This document shows positions 27,946 to 39,000 of a stretch of DNA of 64,000 nucleotides, in pieces; within the stretch, counting starts at the first letter, position 1, and each line of letters opens with the position of its first letter. The stretch lies in the NCBI GenBank assembly GCA_964460905.1, contig CAYWRM010000002.1:91173-155172 (forward strand), given 5' to 3'. Both the position numbers and the translations under genes were made by a program. Source of the DNA: an uncultured Lentimicrobiaceae bacterium (lineage in GTDB: Bacteria > Bacteroidota > Bacteroidia > Bacteroidales > F082). Below the pieces are notes generated by a model. It searched no databases and was not told where the DNA came from. It was given only the letters and a program-made list of their open reading frames with translations.

Positions 27946-28311
27946 CTAATTAATAACAATGTGTTTGGTTGAATTGCTTGAACAAGACTCGCTTCCTTTT
28001 TTGAGCGTATAGGAAACTACAGCATCATAATTTCCGGTATTTTCATATAGATGGTCAATTTTTGTTGAACCGTTAATTGTATGTCCATCACCAAAATTCC
28101 AGTTAATTGGAGTTTGCAGAATAAAACCCTCGCTTGGGTTGTAATCAAATTCAAAATGCATAAGTTTTGGATTAATAGAGTCCAAATCAGCATGTACTAC
28201 GACGAAGATTGATTCGCCAATACAATCAAGAGCATTATCTATCGCACTTTTGCAAGTAATTTCTGACATAATCAATGCTGGGAATAACAATAATATAGCT
28301 AGTTTTTTCAT
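27946..28311 (-). CDS. small PKD-domain-like secreted protein
   Basis: Signal peptide, then WNFGDGHT...HLYENTGNYDAVV, characteristic of PKD repeats. 121 aa. Confidence 0.5.
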   Translation of the reverse strand: MKKLAILLLFPALIMSEITCKSAIDNALDCIGESIFVVVHADLDSINPKLMHFEFDYNPSEGFILQTPINWNFGDGHTINGSTKIDHLYENTGNYDAVVSYTLKKGSESCSSNSTKHIVIN

Positions 28312-28446
28312 AATATTGAGTTTAGTTAATGTTTTTATTTTTCAAGGAGGCCAATTAAATAATTGAAACTCATTGGTTACAAATATACTGCATTTTATAC
28401 TGAAGTAAAAAAATTATGTTTAACGTAGCTAGACTTGATTTATTAA

Positions 28447-29583
28447 TCATGGATTTTTTGCATTATATTTAATATTTGAAATAAAAGGTTCAACCACTGT
28501 TTGTATAAATATATCTGGTTTTTCATTAAATAGAATATCTTCATTGAGACAATAATTCCACATATCAAAAATATAAACACTTTCGCTGAAATGCTCATTA
28601 AGATACGGAATTAATGTTGATCCAAATGAATCACGTATCATTAATATCTTTGGGAGACTGTCGTTTTCTGTTTTAAATCTTAATTCATATTTTGAATTGA
28701 GGCTAAAATTTGGAAATCCGGGATATTTTCGCTTTTCTACTTTTTTGCTTTTTCTTGTGGCAGCCAGTTTGCACGTAATTTTGTTTTCAAATATTCCGTC
28801 ATAAATACCCATCATATTGGTAAGCTTAAAGCCATCAACTATAGTTGAATCAATAATATAATCTGAAATACTGGATTTAGTTAACTCAGGAAAATCAACT
28901 GAAAGAGTATTCATAATGGCCTCGTATGCCACAAAACCTCCATAATCATTCCAGTGATTATCAGTTTTATGGAACATCCGTACATTACCTTTTGCGCTTT
29001 TAAGTGCGGTTCGTAAATCAATAACAGTTATCCCGTTTACTGTATCAAGAAGGCTAACTATTTGATCAGTAATAGTTGTTTCTACGTTTTTTCGTTTCGA
29101 TAAGGGAAGATACTCAGGGTAAATTGATGTTTTAATAGGCGCAATTACAATATAATATTTACATTTAATACTATCCAGTACTTTTTTTCTGTACTTAAAA
29201 ATTTCGTAATATCTATTTAATTCTTCCTGGTTTGCAAGGTTGTTACCCCAATAAATATCCATTTCATGTTTAACCAGATACATCCATCCACTTCTTCCCA
29301 TAATGGCTTTACCACTTATAGGTGGGATATTAAACATATAGTACCTCAGCTTACTATTGAACCAAAGAAATTGGTTTCTCAGATCGAAATTATCAGAATA
29401 ATATTCATTATATGAATTGGGAAATGTATCATGAAGCGGAAGTAAAAACTTGGGTTGTTTTTTAAATTCGCGGTTTTCGGTATTTTTTACATCAGGTATA
29501 AAATGAAAAATTGAATCAACAGTTGGTAGAACCAATATAAGAATGAAAGTTATGGGGATGAGTATTTCTTTCAGCCTCTTCAT
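28447..29583 (-). CDS. AlgJ/AlgX-like SGNH-fold acyltransferase partner protein
   Basis: N-terminal anchor and the KTDNHWNDYG (DxHW) motif typical of AlgJ/AlgX-type proteins. It lies 2 nt downstream of the MBOAT gene. Confidence 0.6.
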   Translation of the reverse strand: MKRLKEILIPITFILILVLPTVDSIFHFIPDVKNTENREFKKQPKFLLPLHDTFPNSYNEYYSDNFDLRNQFLWFNSKLRYYMFNIPPISGKAIMGRSGWMYLVKHEMDIYWGNNLANQEELNRYYEIFKYRKKVLDSIKCKYYIVIAPIKTSIYPEYLPLSKRKNVETTITDQIVSLLDTVNGITVIDLRTALKSAKGNVRMFHKTDNHWNDYGGFVAYEAIMNTLSVDFPELTKSSISDYIIDSTIVDGFKLTNMMGIYDGIFENKITCKLAATRKSKKVEKRKYPGFPNFSLNSKYELRFKTENDSLPKILMIRDSFGSTLIPYLNEHFSESVYIFDMWNYCLNEDILFNEKPDIFIQTVVEPFISNIKYNAKNP

Positions 29584-29585
29584 CG

Positions 29586-31037
29586 TTAGAATCTAAAATA
29601 GATAAATGGATTATACGAGTTTGCAACAAGATAGTTTGTTGATAAGGCCATAACTCCAATTACAAAAACCATAACAAGAAATGACCAGATCACTCTGGCA
29701 AAATTCATTAGCTTTTCATTATTTGAAAATTTTGCTAAAGCACTATTATAAATAATAACCCATATGCGAGTTGAACTCAAAATAGCAATAATTAATACAA
29801 AATAAATTTCATTATTGAGAAATTTATAAAGTATATCTAAATTAAGATCAGTACTTTGATTTGAAAACATGGCTCTATAATAACCCCATGCATGAGTAAA
29901 ATCATCAGCCCTGAAAAGTACCCAGGCCATCATAACAACAAATAGTGTATAAATATGCTGAAGGGGTTTCCATACTTTTTTAAGAATTTTATCGAGACCA
30001 AGTTTTTCAATAATCATAAACAAGCCATGCAACATGCCCCAGGCTACAAAGTTCCAGCTGGCGCCATGCCAAATTCCAGTAATAAAAAAAACTATAAGCA
30101 GATTAAAATAAGTTCTGTGGTTTCCCTTTCTGTTTCCACCAAGTGGTATGTATAAATAGTCTCTGAACCAGTTGGATAGGGAAATGTGCCAACGTCTCCA
30201 AAATTCTCGTATTGATTTGGCTATATATGGGAAATTAAAATTCTCAAGAATTCTAAAGCCAAACATTCTACCAAGGCCAATGGCCATATCTGAATAACCC
30301 GAGAAGTCGAAATATATCTGTAAAGAATATGCAATAATTCCAGCCCATGCAATAAAAGTGGATAAGTTCTGCGGAGCAATACTAAACGCTGTATCGGCAA
30401 GCAATGCAAATTGATTAGCAATCAATACTTTTTTGCCAAGCCCGATCACAAACCGCTCTATTCCGGAAACAAAATTTGCACTGTTATTTTGTCGCGACGA
30501 AAGTTGCTCGGCAATATCGTTATACCTTACAATAGGTCCGGCAATTAACTGTGGGAATAATGATATGTATAAAGCAAGGTCAATAAAGTTATTTTGGACA
30601 GGAGTAGTGTGCTTAAAAACATCAATGAGATATGATAATGCCTGAAAAGTATAAAATGAGATACCAATTGGTAGTAGTATTCCCGGGTCTTCAATGGAAA
30701 ATGAAATACCTGTACTTTCAAGTAAAGTGTTTATGTTTTGAATAATGAAATTACCATACTTAAATACTCCCAGAAAACCAAGGTTAATAATAATTCCTAA
30801 TGTTAAATATATTCTTGACCTGGGAGTGCCAAGATTGTTGCCGATTAGTTTTCCGGTTATAAAATTAAAAACAATTGAGATGATTAATAATAAAGTATAA
30901 CTAACACCACCCCATGCATAAAATACAATGCTTGCGATTAACAATAATGCATTTTTGAATTTATTTTGAATAATAAAGTTCAGAATGAGAACCAGCGGAA
31001 GGAAAATATATAAAAAAGTTAACGAACTGAATACCAT
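29586..31037 (-). CDS. MBOAT family O-acyltransferase (AlgI/DltB-like)
   Basis: Polytopic membrane protein with FWRRWHISLSNWFRDYLYIPLGGNR, including the conserved His. 483 aa. Confidence 0.85.
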   Translation of the reverse strand: MVFSSLTFLYIFLPLVLILNFIIQNKFKNALLLIASIVFYAWGGVSYTLLLIISIVFNFITGKLIGNNLGTPRSRIYLTLGIIINLGFLGVFKYGNFIIQNINTLLESTGISFSIEDPGILLPIGISFYTFQALSYLIDVFKHTTPVQNNFIDLALYISLFPQLIAGPIVRYNDIAEQLSSRQNNSANFVSGIERFVIGLGKKVLIANQFALLADTAFSIAPQNLSTFIAWAGIIAYSLQIYFDFSGYSDMAIGLGRMFGFRILENFNFPYIAKSIREFWRRWHISLSNWFRDYLYIPLGGNRKGNHRTYFNLLIVFFITGIWHGASWNFVAWGMLHGLFMIIEKLGLDKILKKVWKPLQHIYTLFVVMMAWVLFRADDFTHAWGYYRAMFSNQSTDLNLDILYKFLNNEIYFVLIIAILSSTRIWVIIYNSALAKFSNNEKLMNFARVIWSFLVMVFVIGVMALSTNYLVANSYNPFIYFRF

Positions 31038-31118
31038 AAATCAATAGATAATTTAATCAGTAAAAGTAGAAAACAAAAATTAATCTGTATGAAAAAAGTT
31101 GAAATCCTGCAAAAGATT

Positions 31119-31126
31119 TAAATTTG
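31119..31126 (+). promoter_or_regulatory. candidate -7 promoter element TAaaTTTG
   Basis: Exact TAnnTTTG match 32 nt upstream of the ATG at 31159. It lies inside the longer ORF-track reading frame, which argues for the downstream start. Confidence 0.35.
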
Positions 31127-31158
31127 CATTTTTTAATTTAAACCCTTTAAATGTGATT

Positions 31159-31959
31159 ATGAAAAAATATCTCATACTAACTATAGTAAGCTTGTTAATA
31201 TTTCAGACGAAAGTTATTAGCCAAATATCTTTAATAAACACCTATGATGATGCAGTATATGTTGTAGATATTGAAGATGTTGGATACAAATACTATGGAA
31301 TAGATTTTGAAACTAGCCAGTGTAAAATTTACAACATGGATCATACTTTGTGGAAAACCATAGATGTTGTGCCTCCTGTTAACAATTATATTAATGAAAT
31401 AGCATATGTATCTACAAAACTGTTTAACAACGATAGTAATATTGAGTTGTTAGTAGTTTTTAGCGAATACATAGAAACAAGCGATACCAGTGGATACTAT
31501 ATTTACACAACAAAAGTAATAAATGAAAATCGTGTTACTTTTCTTGACGTTCCGGGTGGCGGATATTCAATTATTTATAAAATTGACGAAACCGAAGCTA
31601 ACTTGTTAGTATATATTTATGATTTTTCTGTTTCACCTATTAACGTAACCACAAATATTTATAGTATTCCTGGAACGCCTTATACCTTGAGTGAAACTAA
31701 TTTAGGGATAACATTAAAAAATGCTTTTCCTAACCCATCACGTAGTTTTATAAATGTACCATATGATATAGCACAGTCGTCAACTAGTGCCGATATAATT
31801 ATTTATAATGAGCTTGGTGCAGAGGTTTATCGGAATAAAATAAACTCAAATGAGAACGTTTTCAGGTTAAACACTAATCGGTTTTCTAAAGGAGTATATT
31901 TCTACAAGATTGAGAGTAATGGCTATGCATCACCATCAAGGAAAATAGTTATACAGTAG
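31159..31959 (+). CDS. secreted hypothetical protein with T9SS C-terminal sorting domain
   Basis: Start taken at MKKYLILTIVSLLIFQ (signal peptide). The C-terminus FPNPSRSFINV...IIIYNELGAEVY...GVYFYKI matches the T9SS sorting-domain pattern. Confidence 0.6.
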   Translation: MKKYLILTIVSLLIFQTKVISQISLINTYDDAVYVVDIEDVGYKYYGIDFETSQCKIYNMDHTLWKTIDVVPPVNNYINEIAYVSTKLFNNDSNIELLVVFSEYIETSDTSGYYIYTTKVINENRVTFLDVPGGGYSIIYKIDETEANLLVYIYDFSVSPINVTTNIYSIPGTPYTLSETNLGITLKNAFPNPSRSFINVPYDIAQSSTSADIIIYNELGAEVYRNKINSNENVFRLNTNRFSKGVYFYKIESNGYASPSRKIVIQ

Positions 31960-32021
31960 GAAGTTATAGTTCCTGTTTCAGACAGCTATTGCGAATAATA
32001 ATGCATATGGTTAAAAGTTTT

Positions 32022-32096
32022 CGGGGTGTAGCGCAGCCCGGTTAGCGCGCGTCGTTCGGGACGACGAGGTCGGAGGTTCGAATCCTCTCACCCCGA
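32022..32096 (+). tRNA. tRNA-Pro (anticodon CGG)
   Basis: Hand-folded cloverleaf: acceptor cggggtg/caccccg, D stem gcgc/gcgc, anticodon stem cgtcg/cgacg with loop ttCGGga, T stem ggagg/cctct with loop ttcgaat, discriminator A. CCA is not encoded. Confidence 0.9.
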
Positions 32097-32243
32097 CAAA
32101 CCAAAAGTTTTGCACGTTAGTGCAGGGATTTTTTATAGATCAAACCCAAGCTTGCTTGAGTTTTGGTATATAAAAAAGACATGGAGACGCGAAGCGTATC
32201 AAAGATTTTGTTTTGTACACCCCCATAATGGATCAATGAAATT

Positions 32244-32262
32244 AATCCTCTCACCCCGACAA
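32244..32262 (+). repeat. exact 19-nt direct copy of the tRNA-Pro 3' end (att-like)
   Basis: aatcctctcaccccgacaa at 32244..32262 is identical to 32081..32099, which covers the T-loop end, the acceptor 3' strand and 3 nt beyond. Confidence 0.8.
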
Positions 32263-32583
32263 TATACCAATAAAGATAACTATAATTCAAATAGTTAGAA
32301 TATATCATATCAAATTATTCTCGGAATAAACTTAAAATCAACTTAGGGTTGTTTTAGATTTATCATTGAGAAAGGTAAGTGTTTCTTTATCCAAAGATGA
32401 AACATGTTTCACTTTTATAAAAAGTGAAATATAGCTTAAAATCACCTAGGCAAACCTTGAATATAGGTATTCGGGGGCCCAAAAATTGATATCTATCATC
32501 TTATCTATCATTTGTTCTTTCATTTTAATGTGGTCTTATTTGACTTGCAACTATAAATAACATGTGTTTGCTAGTTCATCAGT

Positions 32584-35499
32584 TTAGCCTAAATGCTTAT
32601 TAATCATCTCTATCAGCAATTGTTTATCGATTGGCTTTGAGATATAGTCGTTACATCCAGCTTCAATTGCTTCTTCATTGTCACCAATCAATGCATAGGC
32701 GGTTTGTGCTATGATAATCAAATCTTTGTTAAATTTCCTGATTTCTCGTGTGGCACTATAACCATCCATTACAGGCATTTTGACATCCATTAAAACCAGA
32801 TCAATATGTGTCTCATTTTTACATAATTTAATTGCTTCTATTCCATTCTTCGCAAATGTAATTTCTCGCACAGAATCTTGTAGAATAGTCTCTAAAAATT
32901 GTGAACTAACCTCATCGTCTTCAACAATTAGCAGGTTCAAATTTTTGATTTTTGATGAGTCTTTATCGATGTATGGAGTAATTTGCTCAATTTCATTTTT
33001 AGCATTTTTGATGTATGGAAGTGTAAACATAAATTTCGATCCCTTTCCTTCCACTGATTCAACAAATATCTCACCCCCTAGCATTTCAACATAAGCCCTA
33101 GCTATTGCCAGCCCTAATCCCGAACCTTCGAACACCTGTCTGTCCTCAATATCTGCCTGTTCAAAACGGTTGAATATTGCATGTGCCCTATCTTCAGGTA
33201 TGCCAATTCCTGTATCTTTAACAAAAAATTCAATAAAATTTTCCTTTAACAAGCAGCCAAAAATGATATTACCTCTATCAGTGTACTTAATTGCATTTTT
33301 AATAAGGTTAGTTAATATACCATGTAGTTTATCGCTGTCAGTAATTATGTTTACTTCCTCGTTGTTTCGTAAAGGTTCTAAATGTAATGATAACCCTTTC
33401 AGGTTTGCCTCAGGAGAATGGAAAGAATAAAGTTCATCCATCATATTATCTATAGAAATTTCATTTGTTATAACAACCATTTCTCCTGCTTCAATTTTCG
33501 AAATATCAATTATATCATTGATGGTATTTAACAGCCTGTTACCACTTTTGTTAATGATTGCTGAGTATTGATCAATTTGAGTTTTTTGTAAGTTTGGTTG
33601 ATTAAGTAGGGTTATAAATCCAAGAATCCCATTCATAGGTGTACGGATTTCGTGGCTCATATTTGTGAGAAATGCAGATTTTAAACGGTCGCTTTCTTCG
33701 GCTTTTTCTCTTGCTTTAATAAGTTCAAGTTCAGTTTTTTTTCTTTCTGTAATATCTCTAAATTCTACAACTCTTGCATCTATTCCTTTATATGGTATCA
33801 TTCTTGCCTCTAATCTAAGTGGATACACTTCTCCATTTTCTCTTAGACCCATAGCTTCATAAGGTTTTTCATAATTTTCAAGAATATTTCTCATAACTAA
33901 TTCTTGCGAATCTTTGGCAATGAGCATTAAGCCATCCATACCAATTAGCTTATCTAATGTATATCCTGTTATTTCTGAAAGTCCTTGATTACAATCTAAT
34001 ATTATTCCTTTATCATGTATAGCAATCCCACCGAATGAAGCATTGTGTAAAGCCCTAAAACGCATTTCATTTTCTTCAGCGTTTAATCGGGATTTAGTAA
34101 TTTCTATATTCTTTTTCTTGAAAAAATAAATAAGCCAACTTAAAAGAAGAATAATACTAATTGATAATAATGTTGTAATAATTAAGAAAAGTGCTTCATT
34201 GTTTTTCTTTTCTAGTTTTACTTTTTCAGCAATTGTTTTTTCTTTTTCCAATTCAAATTGAGTTCTAAAAAAAAGAACTTTCTCATTGGTTCTCTTCGTT
34301 ATTATCGAATCGTTATATGATATTTTTAAATTAGTAAAATATAGGGCATTTTTATAATTACCCTCTAATATATTAAGAACTGATAATTTATTATAGCCAT
34401 AAACTAAATAAGAAAATATATTTTGATCTTTAGCTATTTTTAAACCTTGCGAAAGATAAGAATGAGCATTCTTGTAATCCCCTAATTGAGTATAATTACC
34501 TCCAATATTTAATAATGAGGCACAAATTGACACTTTGTGTCCTACTTTATTTCTTAACTCTAAAGCTTGAAAGTTATACGTAAGCGAGTTTTGGTAATTT
34601 CCTTTTAAAGAAAATATATGTGCTTTAAATGTTTTTAAAGCTGCCAGCTCGTTTGGTAATAACAATTCATTGCAATAAATTATTGAACTGTCAATATATA
34701 AGTTAGATTTATTGTATTCCTTTTTTTGAATATAATATTCAGAGATTTTTCGATATGCTTTCTGTAGCATATTTTTGTTATTCGTATTTTTTGCAAGAAT
34801 TAGTGCCTTATTGAAATAATACAAGGAGGAGTCGAGTTCATTATTATAAAAGAATATTTTACCAAGTATAATAATACTATTAATATAATTTGTTTTGGTT
34901 GTTTCTTTCTGGGAAAAACTAATTGCTAAGCCAGTATAATATTTAGCAATTGAATAATCCTGAATTAATATATATATGTTCCCATATTGTTTATATACAA
35001 TTGGTTTTAGTTGAGAAATGTTGTTGTTATTTATAATACTTAATGCTGTATCTAAAGAACTTATACCCGAAGCAAAATCTGATATATTCCTATAATATCG
35101 CTCTAAATCTAAATATATTTTTGCAAGAAGATACTGATTCCCAACTTCTATACACATTTGTTTTGCTTGATTATATAAAATCAGAGATCTTTCCCTGTTT
35201 CCTATGCTAATATTAATATATGCTAATTCTATTAGTGACTCAATTATCAAGTTTTTATCTTCTAAAAATAATGCATGATCAATGGATTTGTTTCCATAAA
35301 AAACTACACTGTCATAATTAATATAGCGAAATTCTTTAGCTATTGATAACAAAATCCTTGATTTACAACTGTCTGAAGAAGTTAAAGCTACGACCTTAAG
35401 ACTATCAATTGTATGGGTTTGTGATATACCTGTCAAGACAGAGAAATAAAGCAAATATGAAAGCAGAAATACAGTTTTATAATTTTTGGTATTTAGCAT
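32584..35499 (-). CDS. hybrid sensor histidine kinase (TPR-like N-terminal region, TM, PAS, HisKA, HATPase_c, REC)
   Basis: Repetitive TPR-like helical N-terminal half, a TM segment (FLIITTLLSISIILLLSWLIYFF), a PAS region, H-box SHEIRTPMNGILGF, GSGLGLAIARAY, and a C-terminal REC (LLIVEDDE...LVLMDVKMPVMDGY...SKP). Confidence 0.85.
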   Translation of the reverse strand: MLNTKNYKTVFLLSYLLYFSVLTGISQTHTIDSLKVVALTSSDSCKSRILLSIAKEFRYINYDSVVFYGNKSIDHALFLEDKNLIIESLIELAYINISIGNRERSLILYNQAKQMCIEVGNQYLLAKIYLDLERYYRNISDFASGISSLDTALSIINNNNISQLKPIVYKQYGNIYILIQDYSIAKYYTGLAISFSQKETTKTNYINSIIILGKIFFYNNELDSSLYYFNKALILAKNTNNKNMLQKAYRKISEYYIQKKEYNKSNLYIDSSIIYCNELLLPNELAALKTFKAHIFSLKGNYQNSLTYNFQALELRNKVGHKVSICASLLNIGGNYTQLGDYKNAHSYLSQGLKIAKDQNIFSYLVYGYNKLSVLNILEGNYKNALYFTNLKISYNDSIITKRTNEKVLFFRTQFELEKEKTIAEKVKLEKKNNEALFLIITTLLSISIILLLSWLIYFFKKKNIEITKSRLNAEENEMRFRALHNASFGGIAIHDKGIILDCNQGLSEITGYTLDKLIGMDGLMLIAKDSQELVMRNILENYEKPYEAMGLRENGEVYPLRLEARMIPYKGIDARVVEFRDITERKKTELELIKAREKAEESDRLKSAFLTNMSHEIRTPMNGILGFITLLNQPNLQKTQIDQYSAIINKSGNRLLNTINDIIDISKIEAGEMVVITNEISIDNMMDELYSFHSPEANLKGLSLHLEPLRNNEEVNIITDSDKLHGILTNLIKNAIKYTDRGNIIFGCLLKENFIEFFVKDTGIGIPEDRAHAIFNRFEQADIEDRQVFEGSGLGLAIARAYVEMLGGEIFVESVEGKGSKFMFTLPYIKNAKNEIEQITPYIDKDSSKIKNLNLLIVEDDEVSSQFLETILQDSVREITFAKNGIEAIKLCKNETHIDLVLMDVKMPVMDGYSATREIRKFNKDLIIIAQTAYALIGDNEEAIEAGCNDYISKPIDKQLLIEMINKHLG

Positions 35500-35724
35500 A
35501 ACATCATTAAAATTTCTTTATCAGAATTAATTTAGATTGGTCAAAATGCTAATATAATAAAATACCATTTCATATTAGCCTCTTCTTGCTTAATTTGATT
35601 GTCCAAATCAAAATTGCTTTTTTCATTTTTTTCAGCTAAAAAGATTAGTTCTTTCTTCAATAAAGATATAGTTAAAATCTTTTTTATGGGTTTATGTATT
35701 TGTTAATACTTGGGTTTCTCAAAA

Positions 35725-35838
35725 TCACAGATTTATATTATAAATATCATCGTACAAGTGGTTATTTATATTCGATATGTCTTGGTTGCTAACATGTGTA
35801 CATATTTCTGTGGTGCGTGAAGATGAATGACCTAGAAA
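35725..35838 (-). pseudogene. C-terminal fragment of a tyrosine recombinase/integrase
   Basis: Minus-strand translation FLGHSSSRTTEICTHVSNQDISNINNHLYDDIYNINL* matches the conserved integrase tail LGHSS..TTEIYTHV. The catalytic Tyr codon reads TGT (Cys). In-frame stops lie immediately upstream and I could not recover an upstream catalytic domain. Confidence 0.6.
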
Positions 35839-36079
35839 TTAACTTTTTTACTATATGAGAAAGTTCAATTGATTTATCGTAAATATTATCGATCATTAAA
35901 TTATCAAATTTCTCTACCAAAGATATTTATTCGATTTTCAAAGATTGGATTATCAATATTTTCATCTATCAATTGACTTAAATCAAATTCATAGGTTAAT
36001 TCATAAAAGAATTGTATCGTTTTAATTCAAAAATAAAAACGATACAAATTGACCAGTAAAATAAACAGATTTTAATCTT

Positions 36080-39000
36080 TTAGTTCATGTTTATCTGGTA
36101 ATTTTTTAACAAGGTTAAAGCTTCGGTAATATCGTTATTATTTATAGCTTTACTAATAGCATCTAATTCTGATTTGTCAATTTTGCGCAACGCAAGTTCG
36201 TCTAGTAGGTCGAAGGTACTAGGATCTTTTAAATGTAGAGCTTCAAGCAAGTCTACTATCAGTTCTCTTATTGAACGTGGATCTATTTCTGTTAGATCAG
36301 CAGTTTCTTTAAAATAATTTTGAGCTTCCAAAATAATATCCTTCATGCTGGTTTCAAGCAATTGTATTTCGTTATCAAAGCTGGAAATATCTTTTTTTAA
36401 GATGGCTTGCTCTACCAATTTTGATAGTTCATGTATTTTGTTAGCACCAATATTGCCACTTTCGCCTTTCAGGGTGTGAATTAAAAGATGAGCTTTTTCA
36501 AACTCTTTGGCTTGGACTAATTTTCTTAGATCTGAGCAAGTTTGGTTATTTGTGGAAAGAAACTTTTTAAGCATTTTAATGTATAGCTTTTTATTTCCCC
36601 CAAAACGGTGAATTCCTGTTTGTATATCTAGATCATGAATAACAATATCCGTTATATTTCTATTAAACTCATCAGATAATTTGTTGGTATCAATATGGGG
36701 TTCCTCATATTGTATTGCCCATTTTAATATTGTATTATAAAGTAATAACGGATCAATAGGTTTTGTTATGATATCGGTTATTCCTACTTCGTTGCATCTG
36801 GCAGCTACTGTATTAACTGAATCAGCAGTAATAGCAATAATTGGAACTTGAGTGTTGAATTTACGGATCTGTGCAGAGGCATTGTAGCCATCCAATAAAG
36901 GCATGTGCAGATCCATTAAAATAATTTCATAATTGGTTTCACGTGCCATATTTACAGCTGTAACCCCATTTTTTGCTATATCAACTTTAATATCTACTTT
37001 CTTCATGAGTTCATAGATAACCTGTTGATTAGTTTCATTATCTTCTGCAAGCAAAATATGATTACCTGATAAGGTTTCTTTAAGATGATCATAATTTATT
37101 TCTTGCTTGCTCTGTTCGTTAATAGACAGTTCCCTAATTTCAAATACACTGAGTATTTTATCTAGTAGTACCGAAGGTAAGAATGGTTTTATAAGATAGT
37201 CGTTAACATTATAAATATTATATTCATAACCTTTTTCGCCCAGCTCAACATTACTAATTGTAATTATTTTTGTACTTGAAGAATTTGGGTTTTTGTGAAT
37301 TGAGTTGATAATATCCATATTATTATAACTACATGCTTGTAAGTCTATAATCAATAGATCATAAGGTTTTTTCACAAATTGTTCCAACACTTTTTCTCCT
37401 GACGATACAACATCTATATTAAACAAAAATAATTGTAATGTAGATACTATTGACTGCATTGCTAATGGATGATCTTCGCATACTAAAACATTAAGTTCCT
37501 TTAATTTATCGGGTATTACATAAGAAGAGAATTCATAACCTGGTTGAACACCAACTTTACAATTAAAGAAAAAAGTAGTACCTTTATTTGGTTTACTTTT
37601 CAGCCATATATGGCCATCCATCATTTCGATTAACGATTTACTAATAGCAAGTCCAAGTCCGGTACCACCATATTCACGGGTAATTGAGTTATCGGCCTGT
37701 TTAAATTCATCAAACAGGAATGGAATTTGATCTTTGCTAATACCTATACCGGTATCAGTAATAGCTATTTGCAAATAGATTTCTTGGTTATTTAATTTTT
37801 TATCTATTTCAACATTAATAGTTATTCCTCCTGAAGATGTAAATTTAATGGCATTACTACATAAATTAGTAATTACTTGTCCTAATCTTAATGGGTCGCC
37901 AATTAAAAACCTGGGAACATTAGGGTTTATACGAACAATAAATTCCAGGTTTTTTTTACGTGTATATTGAGAATTCAGAATAATAATAGAATTCAATACA
38001 ATTTCCAGGTCGAAATTTACTTTTTCAAGCTGCATTTTGTTTGCTTCTATTTTAGAAAAATCGAGAATGTCGTTAATTAAACTAAGCAATGTATTTGACG
38101 AGCGATCAATTTTTTGGAGATAATCTTTTTGTTTTGGATTTAAATTCGAATCTATTGCAAGATGTGTGAAGCCCAGGATTGCATTTAATGGTGTACGTAT
38201 TTCATGTGACATGGTTGCAATAAACTGACTTTTCGCAATTGTGGCTTGCTCGGCTAAGGATAGTGCATTGTCGAGTTCTTTTGTCCTATCTAAAATTAAA
38301 TTTTCTAATATGATTTTCTGTTTCAAAACAATATTAACTCTCCATTTAATAATAAGCCAAAAAACTAAAACAAAGGTGAGTATATATAGTATAATTACCC
38401 ACCACGCTAGCCACCAGGGCTTTCGAATTATAAATGGATATTCAGTAATTTTACTCCAATTACCAGATTTGCTAATTGCCTTGAGAAGAAAGGAAAAATG
38501 ACCCGGAGGGATATTTCGATAGTCAGCAATATTATCTTTAGTAACCAAGCTCCACTCTTTATCAAACCCTTTTAATTTATATTGATATTGAATTTGGTTT
38601 GGTGTACTCCAATAGGTGGCAGTAAACTGAAAAGTAAGGTGGTTTAAATTATGAGGAAGGCTTAAGTTGATTGGATTGTTTGAAAATGGCGAAACATCTG
38701 AAAAGTAAATTCCTGATTGTGAAATTTCTTTGTCAGTCCTTATTAACTCATTAAAGTTTATAGTTTTATTATTAATAATTAATCCGTTAATTTGAACATT
38801 TGGAGCATCTTCAGGGGTTTTGAAAGTATTTAATTCCAAAAGTGATAGTGCTTTTCCTGTTCCCCACCATATGCGGTTTTTATTGTCATGAAATACAGAA
38901 TTTGTGTAAAAATCAATATCTTTAAGGCCATCAACTTTTCCGTAATTAATCAATACATATTTGTTATTTAATAGCGAATCCTCTTCAAGTAATAAATTAT

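Noticed and set aside
32110-32308. Overlapping 62/63-aa ORFs downstream of tRNA-Pro
   Set aside because: They lie on opposite strands over the same DNA and include the duplicated tRNA 3' end (translated as ILSPRQ). This is best explained as an att-scar spacer, not genes.
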